A stretch of DNA of 64,000 bases from Psammoneis japonica (Eukaryota). Shown one piece after another: positions 24,626 to 37,852 of this stretch. Made by a program: the position numbers and the translations under genes. The stretch is from assembly GCA_008632985.1 (NCBI GenBank), contig QPGO01000010.1, positions 1 through 64,000 on the forward strand, given 5' to 3'. Every line of letters starts with the position of its first letter. The stretch's first letter is position 1. The notes beneath the pieces were generated by a model, which saw nothing but the letters and a program-made list of their open reading frames with translations, was not told where the DNA came from and made no database searches.

Positions 24626-25036
24626 TACAACACTGTATAGCCCTACTTTAGAGAAGCCCTACTAGCTGAAGCTGTCTTTTGCTGAGGCGTTTGTTCCTTG
24701 CTTCTCGTTTTGTTTTTTATCCTCAATGTAGATGATGGGTCGAACACTCTCTTACGTTCCGGCATGGCTCAAATGACTGGATGTGTGGAGTGAGATAACC
24801 ACGACGCTACTAGAAGCCCATTGAACAAAAACACAGGGGCATGAACGAAGACGAAGATCCTCATTCCGTTTACCAATAATAACTACGGTAATACACTCAA
24901 GCTGATAAACAAACATTCTATACATCATCGATGCGCTAGCGCTAAATAGAGTAATGAATCGCACCTCCTTGTTATTCAGAGCCGCGGACATGTATTCAAG
25001 AGATCTTGTGCATAAACATATATTCCTTGTGTAAAC

Positions 25037-27446
25037 TCACGAAACATCGCTGGGACCGCAAGGGGAAATGGGAAGAGTCAATATGTTTTCAGGCAAATCA
25101 AGTATCGAAGAGGCCTCGTGGTCACGATTCTCTCCAAAGAAGGAGCTCCCATCGAATGGAACAGGCGAGAGAACCATGTCGTTGTCTTCTCCATCAGAAG
25201 CCGGATTTAGGTCTGGCTCCTCCCTGTCGTCTTCCTTTGAGCTCTTTCTTTGGATGACGGGACTCTTGGATTTGGGCACGTCAATTTCGGAGCTTAGCAC
25301 CACCTCCACAGAGTCTACAACCCCTGACGGACTATCGGAATCCAAGTTCTTCTCAAACTTTGTCCGAATAACTTGCTCGGGAGTTGCAAACAGCGTAGTC
25401 TCTGAACGCTGCTCAGCTTGGTCACTACTACGCCTTTCCTGGTGAGCTTGACGAGGATCAAACTCTTCATAGGTGTACCCAGAATCACGATGAAAGGGGT
25501 GAACCGCATGTTGACTTGGCGAATAGGCTGGTCGAGGGGATGCGCTCATCACACGTTCAGGTTGCCCTCTCCTTGGCGAAGCCGTCGGTGGAGGCGGCAA
25601 GAACTCGGGACGTGGACGAATCGTGGTCTGGGGACGGTGTCGCAAATATGATCGCGGACTGGACTGCACCGGAGAAATGGGCAGATGGCCCTGGCGATCG
25701 TAACCACGCAGTGATTCGCCGCCTAGATGGGGCACTGAGAGACCGGAAGACTGACTGCCATACCTCCGGTACCCTTGGCGAGGCGACTGCGAATACTCGG
25801 GAGTGCGTCTGAACTCCTGCCTGTCGGGCGAGCGCTGATATGAACGCGGAGTCAAGGACAAACGGCTTCCGTAAGGGGAGTTTCGAGATGTCCTGTGGGT
25901 TGCAGGCGGTAAGGATATGGTCTGCTGTTGATACCCAGCTGGCGAGAGTCGATGAATGCCGGGCGGCAGAGGACCCGAGGGCAGTGGAGACATGGGTGTA
26001 CCTGAATGATGACGACGACTTGTCCTTGATGGGGACGAAGGAGACATAGGCGGTTGCCCGTGGCGTCCAGAGTACGCCGGCGAGGGAAACGGACGGGGCG
26101 GCGGAGGCCGTTGATACTCGCGCTGAGGAGAAGACATGGGAGAGTCCGGCGGAAGGGGAGGGATTTCCTGGCTGCTTTGTCTAGCACCGGGAGAAGGTGG
26201 CATTTCAAAGGATGAACTCGAACTGACGCCGCCATCTGGACCGTCAAAGGTAAAGCGCCCATGACGAAAGAATCTTGGGCTGTCCTGTGGCGGCGACGCC
26301 CCTAAATGCGCGGCAAGCGAATGAGGCGAGTCGTCAGAGAGCGACAAACTATGGGCTCTCCCGCCCCTCGTAAATGCAGCAGGCGAAGAGGGCGTAGACA
26401 TGGGAGACTGCAAAGGTCTAGGAACCTGTGGGAGATGGAGCGTGTGTCGCGACTTCTGCGTAGCTCGAGGTGAGGAGGGCAACTCAACGTCGCGCTGCTT
26501 CTTCGCTGCGGCATTCCGTGCTGCGGCTGCCTTTGCCTTTGCAGTTGTACTCTCCATTGGGTTTGATTTCACTCTCCGGTGCCCTTTCGCTGGAGTCTGT
26601 TTTGCTTTCTTTCCTTTACTTTTTGTTGCCTTGGCCTTGGCCTTGGGTGGGTCCTTGAACATCTGCTCGTCCATGTCGAAAACAGCACTTAAGAAATCAG
26701 GATCACTCAAGTCTTCGGACAGTTGCTTTCGTAAGCACGCTGCTCCGTCACGCAGTGCTTGCGAAGTTTTTTCGACTGCTTTCTTGTCTCCAATATCATA
26801 CCATCGTCCTGTCGTGCTGTCTTTCTCCAGAAATCTCCCAGGAGGATCAAGAGTCCGCACAGCATCAACAATAGAGCGCGAAATAGTCATCTTTTGCCTC
26901 TTTGTGCTTGTGACATAAAGTTCCTGCAAATAGCAAGTAGAGCAAGAGAGGGTGAGAGCATGAATATCTGTTGGGGAGAGAACATGAGGGTAGGTAGGTA
27001 TGCATCAGTGCAACAGCGGAGCAGAGGATAGGAGAGTGGAGAACGGTATGCAGCTTTCGGGATTGGACCCGAGTCAAGATTTGAATTCTAGATTCCCTTT
27101 CCAAACAGGGGAAAAAACACGTAGAAATCTGAACTTAACGGAATCTTAACGCACCTTGTTGCAGTTCACAAGGCTTCTGAACTGCTCGTTCCCACCATGC
27201 CGATTTGTCCTGCAAAATCAGAGAGAAAACAAGTTTTGACGTCGTTACAACGTATCCACCGATATTGTAAGGTGAGTGCCTTATTGTGGATAGAAAAAGT
27301 ACGTGGATAGATGAAAAAGCGATCGAAGAGCACTTCGAGAATACTTACGTCACGCCGCGTCCGCACAGAACGTCGTTGTCATGAGGAGTTTCGATTCCCA
27401 CCGAAGGCTGTTGACCTTGAGTGAACATTGGAAGTGGCGTTGCCAT
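25037..27446 (-). CDS. DUF6824-domain protein with a long Pro/Ser-rich disordered tail, ~679 aa
   Basis: Exons 27446-27349, 27209-27155 and 26923-25037 join in phase to give PHDNDVLCGRGVTTNRHGGNEQFRSLV...ELYV...PPGRFLEKD...WYDIGDKKAVEKTSQALRD, the DUF6824 signature common in diatoms. Confidence 0.9.
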
Positions 27447-27764
27447 TGCTCAAGTGTTTTTTTATGTGCTGGTCCACGACTGCTGGCAATGAGAGGTTAA
27501 CGGGGCTGCACGATGCGAATCAATCAGTGAGTGAGAATGTGTTTTTGTGCAAAGATTGCTCTTCCCGCGTTTGCTTTGTGTAGCGATCGCGTAGGAACTG
27601 GTACAAAATGTGCGAACTGTTTCTGATGAACGGGAAAGATTAGTATGTGTCTCGTGATGCTACAATGTCCGGCGTAAAAAACATACTGAGTTGAGTCGTA
27701 GATACGATCCCTTTCCGGAGTGACCCTTGACACCCCTCCCTTTCGCTGGCGGTGTGACATTCAA

Positions 27765-27960
27765 ATTTTGGAAATTTATTGGTATGACTTTTATTCATAA
27801 TTATTCAAGATTGAAGGTTGAGATGAACACAACAGACACTGAAAGCCAAAATCTATAGACCCAAAAATTTATATTTATATTAAAATTATATAATATATAG
27901 ATTTAATAATTGTTAAGATATTAATTAGTTCATCAAATGTCCTTTCTCGATATATTTAGG
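27765..27960. other. Short very AT-rich island
   Basis: Nearly pure A/T core at 27863-27930 (AAAAATTTATATTTATATTAAAATTATATAATATATAGATTTAATAATT), just left of block 4. Confidence 0.7.
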
Positions 27961-29624
27961 AAGAGGCGTGCCACTGATCAGATCGGACCTGCCGTTGAGG
28001 AATCATTATAAGAACCTACAAGGTCTGATATTTGAAATGCTCCTCATTGGTTGGGTACGACTCAAAATAACCCGGACAATGTGACTCGTGATTGGCGAAA
28101 CGGGATCGACCACGACTCACTGATGATTCTTTCTGCCGCCCGACCGGTCTTGTGAAATGAGTTGCTGTGCCATGCGAAATTTGCTCAGAAGCTCTCTGAA
28201 GGGAATCTGTGCATTAGCGTGCATTTTGTGCCAGCGCAGCTGCTTTCTCATGACACTGGGAGGGAGCACACCAAGGATGTTTTCAAGTCAAAGCCCAGCT
28301 CTTCAGAGCGAGCACTGGGAGCTCTCATGTGGCAAATTCTTTGGATGATTTTCCTGCTGGGTCTGCACTGCCTGGCAAACAAGCACCAGTTTGTCTCATG
28401 TTGAGCTGCCATTGAGATGGCTCATCACTTGCTCTCCTCAGATTGAAATGTTGGGTGGGGAAAGGAAAAGAAGAAGGAAATTGCATGTCACATCTTGAGC
28501 TGGGTGTTGTTTGTGATTGAACCAACAACAAGCAAAGAGCTTGGGAGAACTTTGAAGAGAGAGGAGGGAGCACATTTTGCAATGCTTGGCCCCGCCGCTG
28601 CTGCTTTTGTGAGACAACAGCACCAGAAACAGACACACCTCACCCAACAACCCCATCATCAGAGCAATGGGGGAGCCCATGTTTTGGGAACTGACAAGGT
28701 GCAAAACTGCCACTGTGCCTTCTTTTTCCAGCCATTCTGATTTGCTGGCTTTGCTCTTGTTTCTTGAGATGGGACACATCCAAACTGCAGAGGCTGCTGT
28801 GACTTTTGGGGTTGGGTGATTGCCTCAGAAAGAGTGTGGTGCAGCAGCAAGCAAGAGCAAGAGAAAAAGAAAAAGCTGGAGACCACCGCTGGCGGCTGTT
28901 GACTTCACATGAGGCACAAAGACAGAGTCTGTTTCTTCTTGGGCCAGTCTTTAATGGCACAAATGGCTGGGTTGGTTGCAATCTCTGCTTGTGTGCATCA
29001 ACCACAAAGCTCAGCCAAGACACACTCTCTGCAGCGTTCTTGCACAGTCTGAAGAATCGCCCATGTCCATGGCAAAAATTGCTCATCTGCAAAAAGCCCC
29101 TCTGCCTGGCCTGTCTGGCCCAGACACAGATGACTGCACCTTTTGCACTGTGGATGCTCTCTGCTGCTGCCATCCACACCCCCATCAGCTGCAATCACAG
29201 GAGGCATGTCATTCAACTCCACATGCAGTGCTGCACGGCCTTGTGGCACCATTTTCAATTTCTGGTCATGGCAGCAAGTCGTTCATGTCTTGCAAAGCCA
29301 GCTCTTCAGCTGCAAAGAATGATTGTCATCTTGGTGCACCAGAACCCCCCATTGGCTGTTGTTGTTGTTTGTCATGTGCGACGTCACAGCATCATTGCCC
29401 ACGACATTTGTGTGTGTCGGAGTGAATTCAAATCGATTGCTGCAAATTTTGCTGTGCATTCTACACATGTCCAATTTGTGCAGATTAGCACAGGAACAGG
29501 ATTTTTGAAAAATGGAGCCGTTGCCACATTGTGTGCTGCGTGATTGATCAAAGATTTGTCGCACTGAACACTGCCAGCACCGCCATCCACCACGGGCTTT
29601 CCTGTTGCACTCTTCTCAAAACCA

Positions 29625-30720
29625 GATGACGAATGGATCTGTGCCACATGCCATGATGTTTTGGAAGAGCCAGTCCTGACAAAGTGTGGTCATTTGTTCT
29701 GTTGTCTTTGTTTGAAACAGTGCTTGGAGGAAAAGGAAGAATGTCCCACCTGTTGCAAAGCTGTGCGCAACAACTTTGCTCTTGTGTGAAGCCCCATGCA
29801 CACATGCCAAAGTTGACTGTGAAATGTGGGTCAGCGAACAAGAGTGATGACTCATCTGCAACTCTTCAAAACCCCAATGATGCAGCAGCAGCAGAAGCGG
29901 GTTGTGACTGGACGGGAAAGATGAGCAATTGGAGGCAGCACACTGCAAAGATGAGTGGAGGGGGACACAAGCACCGCTGTCCCCGCAAACTCATGTCAAA
30001 GCACATTGCTGGTGACATGACAAAGCACATGGAGCTCATGATGGATGCAAGAATCCAAGAATGGGAGCAAGAGAAAAAGTTGGAGGCAAGTGAGCAGAGA
30101 ATCCTCGCAATCTCTGAGCGGCATTTGGCTGACTTGCATTGCTGACAATTCTGTCAGCGGTGGATGAGACACAAACCAGATGCATTGTTTGATTTTTGTG
30201 TTTGTGCCCCCCATGGATTTCAGCCAATTTGTGACTTGCGGTGTCATCGCGGACCAAATCCTTGTGACTTGCGGGGATGCCACATCCCTCTCTTTGTTTG
30301 GAATTCAAGGTCCCACCAACATGCCTTGGGAAGTGGGTTGTTTCCTTTGGTCATGGTTTGGTCTTCCACAAATGAGGAGCACCCAACATTCAAGTTTCCG
30401 GAGGGTTTCACCACCTCAATGTTTTCTGCTCTGGAATGGTGTGCGTTGGCACTGTGATTTCCAACAGAGAAACCAAACCCACGATGGAAGACCGATTTCT
30501 CAATTTCTGAAATGTTGTTGTCAATCCAAGACCTCCTGGCACACCCAAACGTGAACAACCCTGTCCAAGCAGAGGCATGCCACTGCTGTGCCAATGACAT
30601 TGAGCAACGCAATTCAAAAGCAAAAGAGATTGTAAGCAAGCATCTCGCATCTTCCTCTTCAGAAGACTTTCTCGCCACAGCACGCAAGGCATTTGGCCCA
30701 GAACGCATTCCTGAATCCCT
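29625..30720 (+). pseudogene. Eroded gene with a C3HC4 RING plus TRAF-like finger followed by a Ubc9-like E2 (UBC) domain
   Basis: From 29631: EWICATCHDVLEEPVLTKCGHLFCCLCLKQCLEEKEECPTC, then KLTVKC...GCDWTGKMSNWRQH. At 30290-30640: GIQGPTNMPWE/GLFPLVM..PTFKFPEGF..RWKTDFSISEMLLSIQDLLAHPNVNNPVQAEACHCC, which resembles Ubc9 (GIQDLL..PN...PAQAEAY..Y). Frameshifts and stops are present. Confidence 0.75.
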
Positions 30721-30827
30721 GTCTCTCATCAATGACGAGGATGGCAGGTGGGCCAATGAAGGAGCCCTTCACCCTGTTCAAAGAGTCGAACTGGCATTAC
30801 GACCGTGCATGCCAGTGGCAGAAGGTG

Positions 30828-31003
30828 TGGACGATGCGAATTGTTCCTGTTGCGCGTGGGGGGCAACCTTCTGGGACGGTCGCAGGGAAATGCGCTTCTT
30901 GTTTGAACAGGGCAGTTGGACGATGCGATTGTTCCTGTCATGGGGGGGGGGGGGGGGGCAACCTTCTGGGACGGTCGCAGAGAAATGCGCTTCTTGTTTT
31001 GAC
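30828..31003. repeat. ~90-bp tandem duplication with an expanded G run
   Basis: GGACGATGCGA..TTGTTCCTGT..GGGGGCAACCTTCTGGGACGGTCGCAG.GAAATGCGCTTCTTGTTT occurs twice. The second copy has a long G homopolymer at ~30942-30958. Confidence 0.9.
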
Positions 31004-31757
31004 ATTTCAGCTCATGACACGATGATTCGGTGGTCATCTCTTGGTGAGGAAGGATCGAAGCCTTGTAGAAACAACACAGCAGCAGGCAATTAGTGGGAAC
31101 AATTCGTATGCTGTGTGTTTCAATCGTCATTGTCTTGGTGGGTAATGAGAACCTGTCATCTTTGCAGAGACTCGCCTACTCGAGGAAAGAGTGATCTGAG
31201 AATAAGATGCGGAGGACCTAGATCGTCGTGTGTAAAGAGAAGATTCTATAGCGTACCAACGCAGAGACCATGAAGATTCATGCTAGTGCCAATGATGGCT
31301 GGGAAAGCTTATCTGAAATCGAGAAGAAGAATGCAGAAGAAATCTTTCCGTAGAAATGATTTTTATGGTGGCTCCTGGGAAAAGTGGCGAGCGATATTCC
31401 CGACTCGCAAGCCACGTCAGCTCTGTTGTCTAGTCAAAATGATTCGCTTGCATTCATTCAAGCATGAGGATTGTTCCTAGGTAAAGAAACTAGTGTCCAA
31501 ATGTAAGACGTGCAAGCGGTTCGATCCACAAAAGCAAAAGCATCCAGGTGTTGCGTGAGTCGTCTCAATAATAAGTCGTCAAAACTTGCCGCCGACAGGC
31601 TGACGACGACTCCACCGACTAAAATTTCACAAACATGCACCGCATGACGACTGCAACAATGACGCTCAAGTCGTTTCTTAGTTGCGAAGATTGACAGTTC
31701 ATCCCAAGGGCTCAGGTGGATCTCATACCTGTCAGTATACCTAGAGTAAAATCATTC

Positions 31758-33022
31758 TCACCATACTCCAGGTCTCAAATCAACCAAGCGAGTACACGGC
31801 TTTTCATCCTTGCATTTTGCTTCCAGCATATTTGTTCGCAGCTGATCCATGAGACGACTCCAGTTTGACTTTGTTGTCAAGACAAACTCGTTTGCCTCCA
31901 TCGCTACCAATAAGGACCCCATGGCTACTAATCCAGCGCGTCCCTTTGAATTCTTGGTCGTATGAGAGGCTCGGTTGCCTTTAGAAGGCCGAAACTCGCT
32001 TAATTCTCGCACTGTTACATCCACAAAGGTGGTCCAGTTGGATGGAATCACTTTTTGAAACTCGTCCACAGCGTTCGGGTCTTCGGTGGCCAGATAGATA
32101 TTAGCGGTGTCATTGTGTCCTTGTCTTTGAAACAATAGCGTTGAAACTGCGTCCACATACTCTTGGATGGAAGCCAAGTCCATTTCCCAAAACTTGTCAC
32201 CCCATCGAATATGAACTGTAATTAGATCAGGAGGTGCAATGCCGTCAGGAAATAATATTGCAGCCTGTCGCTTTGCCTCCTTAACTACTATCGGCGACAC
32301 TCGTTGAAACAAATACTCTGTAGATGCTGCTCGAAACTCCCTTGTCAACGTATCGTTTTCTGGGCGTAGCAAATTACACCAATAGCGTTTCGTTCGAGGA
32401 TCAGTAACATTTAATGCAATAGTTCTGGCTCGATTTGGGCATTTTCGAGCTTCACTCTCTGGAAAGTAACACAGAAAGGGCGACTCGGATCGTGCTTGTT
32501 CTAAATCACACCGTTCCTGATCGAGCCACAGCCACTCAGGATTCACGGTTCGAATATTCACACCCATGTCCCATCCATTGCATATTGCTTGTGACCACAG
32601 CGCTATGTGCGACCCAAGGCCAAAGGTATTGTCAACATGAAACTGCGCTTCTGGCATGCTGCAGTTGGATTGACTCTGTTCGATGAGCAACGCGTACTGG
32701 GACCAAGGCGGGTTGTACGTCCAATTACGACGCAGCCGACCTACTTTTGGCACATTCCAATTGCGACGGACATATACCTCTCTCTTGGCTGATGGAATTC
32801 CCGTATTATTTGTTGTCTTGGAAACGACATCTCGCACAAAGGCTTGGATATGTTTTTCTTCAGAAATATTGTCGATGCTTCCACGGAACTGAACTGGCGA
32901 TTTGATGCTATAAAAAATGTGACAATCGAGAGGATAGTACAACAACCAAGTATAAAGCGGAGGCGGTGCTTTGCGGCATATGCAATGCACGTGCTTCTAT
33001 ATCTCGTCGGTGCCGTCGTCAT
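31758..33022 (-). CDS. Alpha-1,6-fucosyltransferase-like (GT23/GT11-type) type II membrane protein, probable 1-nt frameshift near 32915
   Basis: Motifs FGLGSHI, ITVHIRWGDK and IYLATEDP. The N-terminal signal anchor (MTTAP...FILGCCTILSIVTFF) is in the adjacent frame, and the frames switch at an A6 run (32912-32917). Confidence 0.75.
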
Positions 33023-33134
33023 TGCCGCAACACTGTTGGTTTGTGTTCAATCTCAATGCACCGATGAGCGGACGGACCGATGATCCCTCCCCGGCTCGCT
33101 CGCCCGCACCTACTGTAACCTTACGCAGTGCCGT

Positions 33135-33475
33135 ACTCTATCTCTCTCACTCTCTGCTACTCTCTACTAGCTAGTAGCTAGCTCTAGAGTAGAGACTAGA
33201 GTAGAGCCTCTCTCTCTACCGGTAGTAGTAGAGAGATACTAAGCTCTACCTCTCTCTCTATCTCTCTAGATCTAGAGAGTAGTAGCTAGAGTAGAGAGCT
33301 AGAGCTACTCTCTAGAGTAGAGAGCTAGGGCCCTAGTAGAGAGGTCCCTATCCCCCGCTCGCCTATCCACGCTTACTCTGGAGCTTCAAGCTACTTTAGA
33401 TAGGAACTACTGTGCCACCCACTCTAGCTACAGAGTAACTTACTGTAGATATGGAGAGATTAGCTATGGTAGCTG
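33135..33475. repeat. Low-complexity CTAG/TAG/CTCT-rich intergenic tract
   Basis: Dense AGAGTAG, CTCTAG and TAGCTAG words with local palindromes. Confidence 0.85.
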
Positions 33476-33806
33476 GAATGGGACCAAGTCTATGCGCCTA
33501 TTCCTTTGATCATCACTCTTTGTTACCGTCACCCAATTGAAGAATGTGTCTTGCTAGCGAGAGATACTCGCGATTTCAGTCTTGGACTGAACTATACCCT
33601 GCTCGCAACATGGGAAAGCACATCATGAATTCACAGTAGTAAAGGCACTTCCACGTTACTTGGTACCGGTAGCTAGGACATTTGTGTAACTTCGAGAAAC
33701 TCTTCACTGTAATTATACAATTCCGTTTATTTATTACCACTCTACATGCACACTGAACACATCCATGTTAGGCGACCAGCTAAACGGCGCTGATGGTCTA
33801 ATAGGC

Positions 33807-35822
33807 CTATGCGTTATCTTCCGCACCAAGGCTTTCTTCGTCAATGCCCACCAAACTCTGGTGGAGTTGAGCCGATGGAACCTGGTCGTTGCGCTCCTTG
33901 AGCGAAACCCACCTGTCGATGTCAATGTCGTCACCATCGAGAAGGAGCAACTCCCAGCCCTCGAAAAAGCGCGGCAACAAAAAGAGACGTCCGGGGATAC
34001 ACAAAAATGTCATTAAGGGGAAAGCAATAGCAATCGGCTTGAAGTTCTGTACAAAGAACACAAGACCAAAGAAGCAGATTTCGATGCAGGTGTAAATGTG
34101 CACTTTCTTCTTCGTCATGTACTTGTTGAAGGAAGGAGTCTCGGGATACTTGCTCGGTTGCATAAAGAAGAGAAGGAAGCGACCCCAGAACTGGATACCA
34201 TCAAGACTTGAAAGACCCATAAAGAGGAAGACACCGTACAAGACTGGAAGAGGGAGGAGCTTGAGCGCCTCCAATGCAAAAATCGAGCAGAGAACCAACG
34301 CATGCGAGAAGAAATGGGTCAATCTCGTCTCTTGAACATCAAGGATCTCGCCATCACGGTCCTTCAAGGACAGAGCGTTCACGTGGACCATGCAAGGAAC
34401 AGTTGTAGCCACAAGAGGAGGGAGACCTAAGGCTCCATTGACAAGGTTGAAGAAACCCGAGAGAATCAAATCGTAGTTGTAAGCCTCACCGTGCCTGGAG
34501 AGAAAGAGAGAAGAAGACAGTAAGTCGTACTGTTTAAATTCCAACGGAGGTGACATGCATTCCTGAAATCATTTTACTTACTGGAGCTTGTTACTCGGGT
34601 GAGCGATAAGATGCCAGGTGATACCGTTATCAAGGTAAACCAAAAGGAAGGCAAGGATGGCTGGGCCAGCTGCCATGAAGGGAACCCATCCCTTTCCATT
34701 AAGGTTGCCGTAGTCGACAAGCCAGTCGCGAGTACCCCACGATTCTTCTTGTTCTGGACAGTCTTCTGGCCACGCCGTCGTACAGGAAGAGTCGCAGCAC
34801 TGAAAGGTGGGTTCGATGGCATCGGGAACCTTGAGTGTTTGCAGCGTAACGTCGTCGTTCCAAATGCGGCTGAGACCCGTCCAGAGGATGACGGAGAGGA
34901 TGACTGCAAAGTCAGCAACGAAGGTGCGGCAAAAGTCGTTGGGGAGAAAACTCGAGAAACGGAAGCCACGGAACAGGAAGATCGTGAACGTGGTACCAAG
35001 ACCGAGAATAAGACTGAGGAATGCAACAGTCAAGTAGTTGTAGTCAGGGTCCTCGGCATTGTCTTCGTGGTGAGGGTGATCCTTCTGGAAGTAACGCAAC
35101 AATCCAGAGGAGGAGAATGGGTCACCAAGGGCATCCATCACAAAAATACTGACAATCAAACCTGCAAAGACTTCATCGGTAAACCGAGTCGCCAATCGGA
35201 CAAAGCGGGTCAAGTCGAAGAAGCCCGAAATGACGGTATAAACAAACACCCAAACAAATACCCATGCGTTGAAGGTGAGAAAGGGGACGCCCACGTTGTC
35301 TGCGATATCGAAGAGGACGGTAGACATGATCGACAGAGGACCGGTGGCACCTATAATAGTCATGGGTTGTCCTCCAATGAGGGCAAAGGTCGACCCCACC
35401 CATCCAGTTCCAATAAGCATTTCAATCGCACCCATGTATCCCTTGGTGATATTCGCGTAGACCGCACCGAAGGTCAAAGTGGGCACAATCACGGAGATAA
35501 ACATGAGGAGGGAGACGGAAACCGTCAGCTGGTTAAAGTTGATCATTTCCTGAAACGAGAGAAAAGGTAATTACTCGTTAGAGGGAGACGCTTTGTTTCA
35601 ATGTTTTGATCTCTTAACAACCTCACTTACCTTGACCCACCACTGAAGCACACACTCCCTGATATCCTTGATGATACCACGGCCGCAACCCTCAGGCGGA
35701 TCCAGAGGGACTTTTCCGGCATCGGGAATGAGCTCCGCATTGCTAAGCTTCTTGCCGGTCACCGGAAGTTCAGAGTCGGCCACAGAGGGCGCATCCATTG
35801 CGTTGTCGTCCTTCGGCGCCAT
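33807..35822 (-). CDS. SLC4-family bicarbonate/borate transporter, ~615 aa
   Basis: Exons 35822-35631, 35549-34582 and 34494-33807 are in phase. Motifs GGQPMTIIGATGP, TRFTDEVFAGLI, VQETRLT and VLYGVFLFMG. Substrate cannot be determined from sequence. Confidence 0.93.
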
Positions 35823-36401
35823 CTTCCTTTGTTCGTCGAGGACGAGAACAGAATGATTTGTGTGAAGCTAACACGGAAATCGATTTTGCTTTTTTGGCTT
35901 TTCACGATGACGTGTCCAGTAAAATACGTCAGGATTACGTCGCGACCCATCGTAGAATCATTACCATGCTCTACGAGCACTTACTTGAGAACGAAAAAGC
36001 AAAGCCAAGAAAGGGAAGAAGACTTGTCAACTGTGACGTTTGAGAGTGTCAGTTTGATCACTTCAGAATATTTTGCTCTGTCCTCAGTCCGCATTTATCA
36101 ATTAGCACGTAGTAAACGAGCCAATGTTTTCGTAGCCAGAAGCCTTGGCTTGCTTCAACATTCGATCAGTCTGTCCTATGCTCCCCATTTGAAAGTGTTT
36201 TAGTATTATTCTACATGGCTCTACTTTCAACGTCAGATTTTCGTGGCAGAACATTCGACGTCACATCTTTCTGAATTCGACGAATGATGTCGGCCGGAGA
36301 AAGGGATGAGCTGACGTTGATGAATCCGAAAACAAATCAATCGCCATGTTCTCTCACATTTTTCGCTGTTCTTTTCCAGCGTCGAAGTCGCTTGATTCAA
36401 G

Positions 36402-37448
36402 ATGAGTTTCATCAAGAAAGCAGGAAGAGGCCTCAGTGATGTGATTCCGGGGCTTAACCGCTTTACCTTTGACCCAGATCTCGGGACCGTCTTTATTACG
36501 AGTGGGACCGGTGTGATCGGCTATCGCGTAGCCATGAGTTTGCTCGAGGCCGGCCACAAGAATGTTCGAGTGGGTGTCTTTATGGGCGACAGGCAAACCG
36601 GACCTGGAGCCGGAGACGGCGGCAGCTTCGCGCAAAACATCTCTAACCTTCTCACTGAGAAGGGAGCTGAAGTAATCTCCTTCGATTGGACCGACGCGAG
36701 CAGCTACGCCAGTGCTCTTTCTGGAGTCAAGTCCGTCTTTTGTACTCTTCCTCACATGAATGAGTGGGCGTCGGTCTTCCCGCAGTTCCTCAGAGCTTCT
36801 CAGGATGCCAAAGTCGAGCACTTTGTCAAGATTTCTTTCTTGGAGCACACTGAGGCGGCCGACCTCTACCGTCAGAACGTGCCTTTTTGCAAGTTCCATT
36901 CCACGTGCGATGACATTCTCACGCAGGTCACTCATTCGTCTCGCATCTCGTACACCATCTTGGCTACGTCACATCTCATGTCGACACCACTCCTCCAACA
37001 GGGAGATCTGTTGAAGAAGGAACACAAGTTCATCACGGCGAGTTACGGAATGGGAGTGAACTACGTGAGCCCTAACGATGTGGCGGATGCATCCTTGGTC
37101 GTCTTGATGAACCTCAAGGACCACCGCAACAAGACCTACAACTTGACGGGACCCGGTCCCACGTTCGACAAGGACGTTGCCAAGCTTCTTTCCAAGGCAT
37201 ACGAAACCGACATCGAGCACATTGAACTCGGATACCATGACTTCAAGAAGGATGTCAAGAAACGCGGTCTTCCCGACTGGATGGTGAAAGATGCTGCTTC
37301 TTTCGAGAAGATGAAGGCGACCGGTGTTGACGAATTGGCGTCTTCATACACCGAAGACTTGGAAAAGTTGATTGGTAAGAGGTCGGAAACCTTTGCCGAC
37401 TACTTGGAGAACAAGAATTCCCAGCGACCAGGTCTTACCTTCCCATAA
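36402..37448 (+). CDS. NmrA-like / atypical SDR NAD(P)-binding protein, 348 aa
   Basis: Rossmann motif VFITSGTGVIG; YVSPNDVA; YNLTGP. Confidence 0.88.
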   Translation: MSFIKKAGRGLSDVIPGLNRFTFDPDLGTVFITSGTGVIGYRVAMSLLEAGHKNVRVGVFMGDRQTGPGAGDGGSFAQNISNLLTEKGAEVISFDWTDASSYASALSGVKSVFCTLPHMNEWASVFPQFLRASQDAKVEHFVKISFLEHTEAADLYRQNVPFCKFHSTCDDILTQVTHSSRISYTILATSHLMSTPLLQQGDLLKKEHKFITASYGMGVNYVSPNDVADASLVVLMNLKDHRNKTYNLTGPGPTFDKDVAKLLSKAYETDIEHIELGYHDFKKDVKKRGLPDWMVKDAASFEKMKATGVDELASSYTEDLEKLIGKRSETFADYLENKNSQRPGLTFP

Positions 37449-37852
37449 AAATATCTTGGGAGGTCTACATGTTCTAGTATTGTAAACGTTGTAATTCGCC
37501 TTTGCCAATAGGTATCTCCTGATTAAGTTCTCTGTTACCAATGCTGAGCATTCGGAAAATTAGGTTCTACTAGAGTTCATAAACGTACCGTGTAGAAAGG
37601 GCGAGAACATGTTTCTTGAAGTCTTCCATTGACCTCTCTCGCAGCCTCGCCTTAAGCGCATTGGCCAACCATCTTGTACGGACCCCTCTACTAGTGCTAG
37701 AAAGCAGCATCCATATATACCTCAAGTAACGGTATCGCTAGCAGCAGGTCATGTAAAAAAATCTCTAGTAGCTAGAATTTGTCATACGGTACAACAAAAT
37801 GGATGCCATGAAAACCGTGCGCCGTGCGCCCTAACCGCTGCTTGTGCGATGC

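Larger units (their letters stand above)
28060..31040. other. TpA-depleted hypermutated block 4
   Basis: TA is near absent across ~3 kb; survivors include ATTAGC, TTTAAT, GTAAG. Confidence 0.9.

Noticed and set aside
34599..35570. 323-aa plus-strand ORF
   Set aside because: It is the antisense shadow of the SLC4 coding exon.
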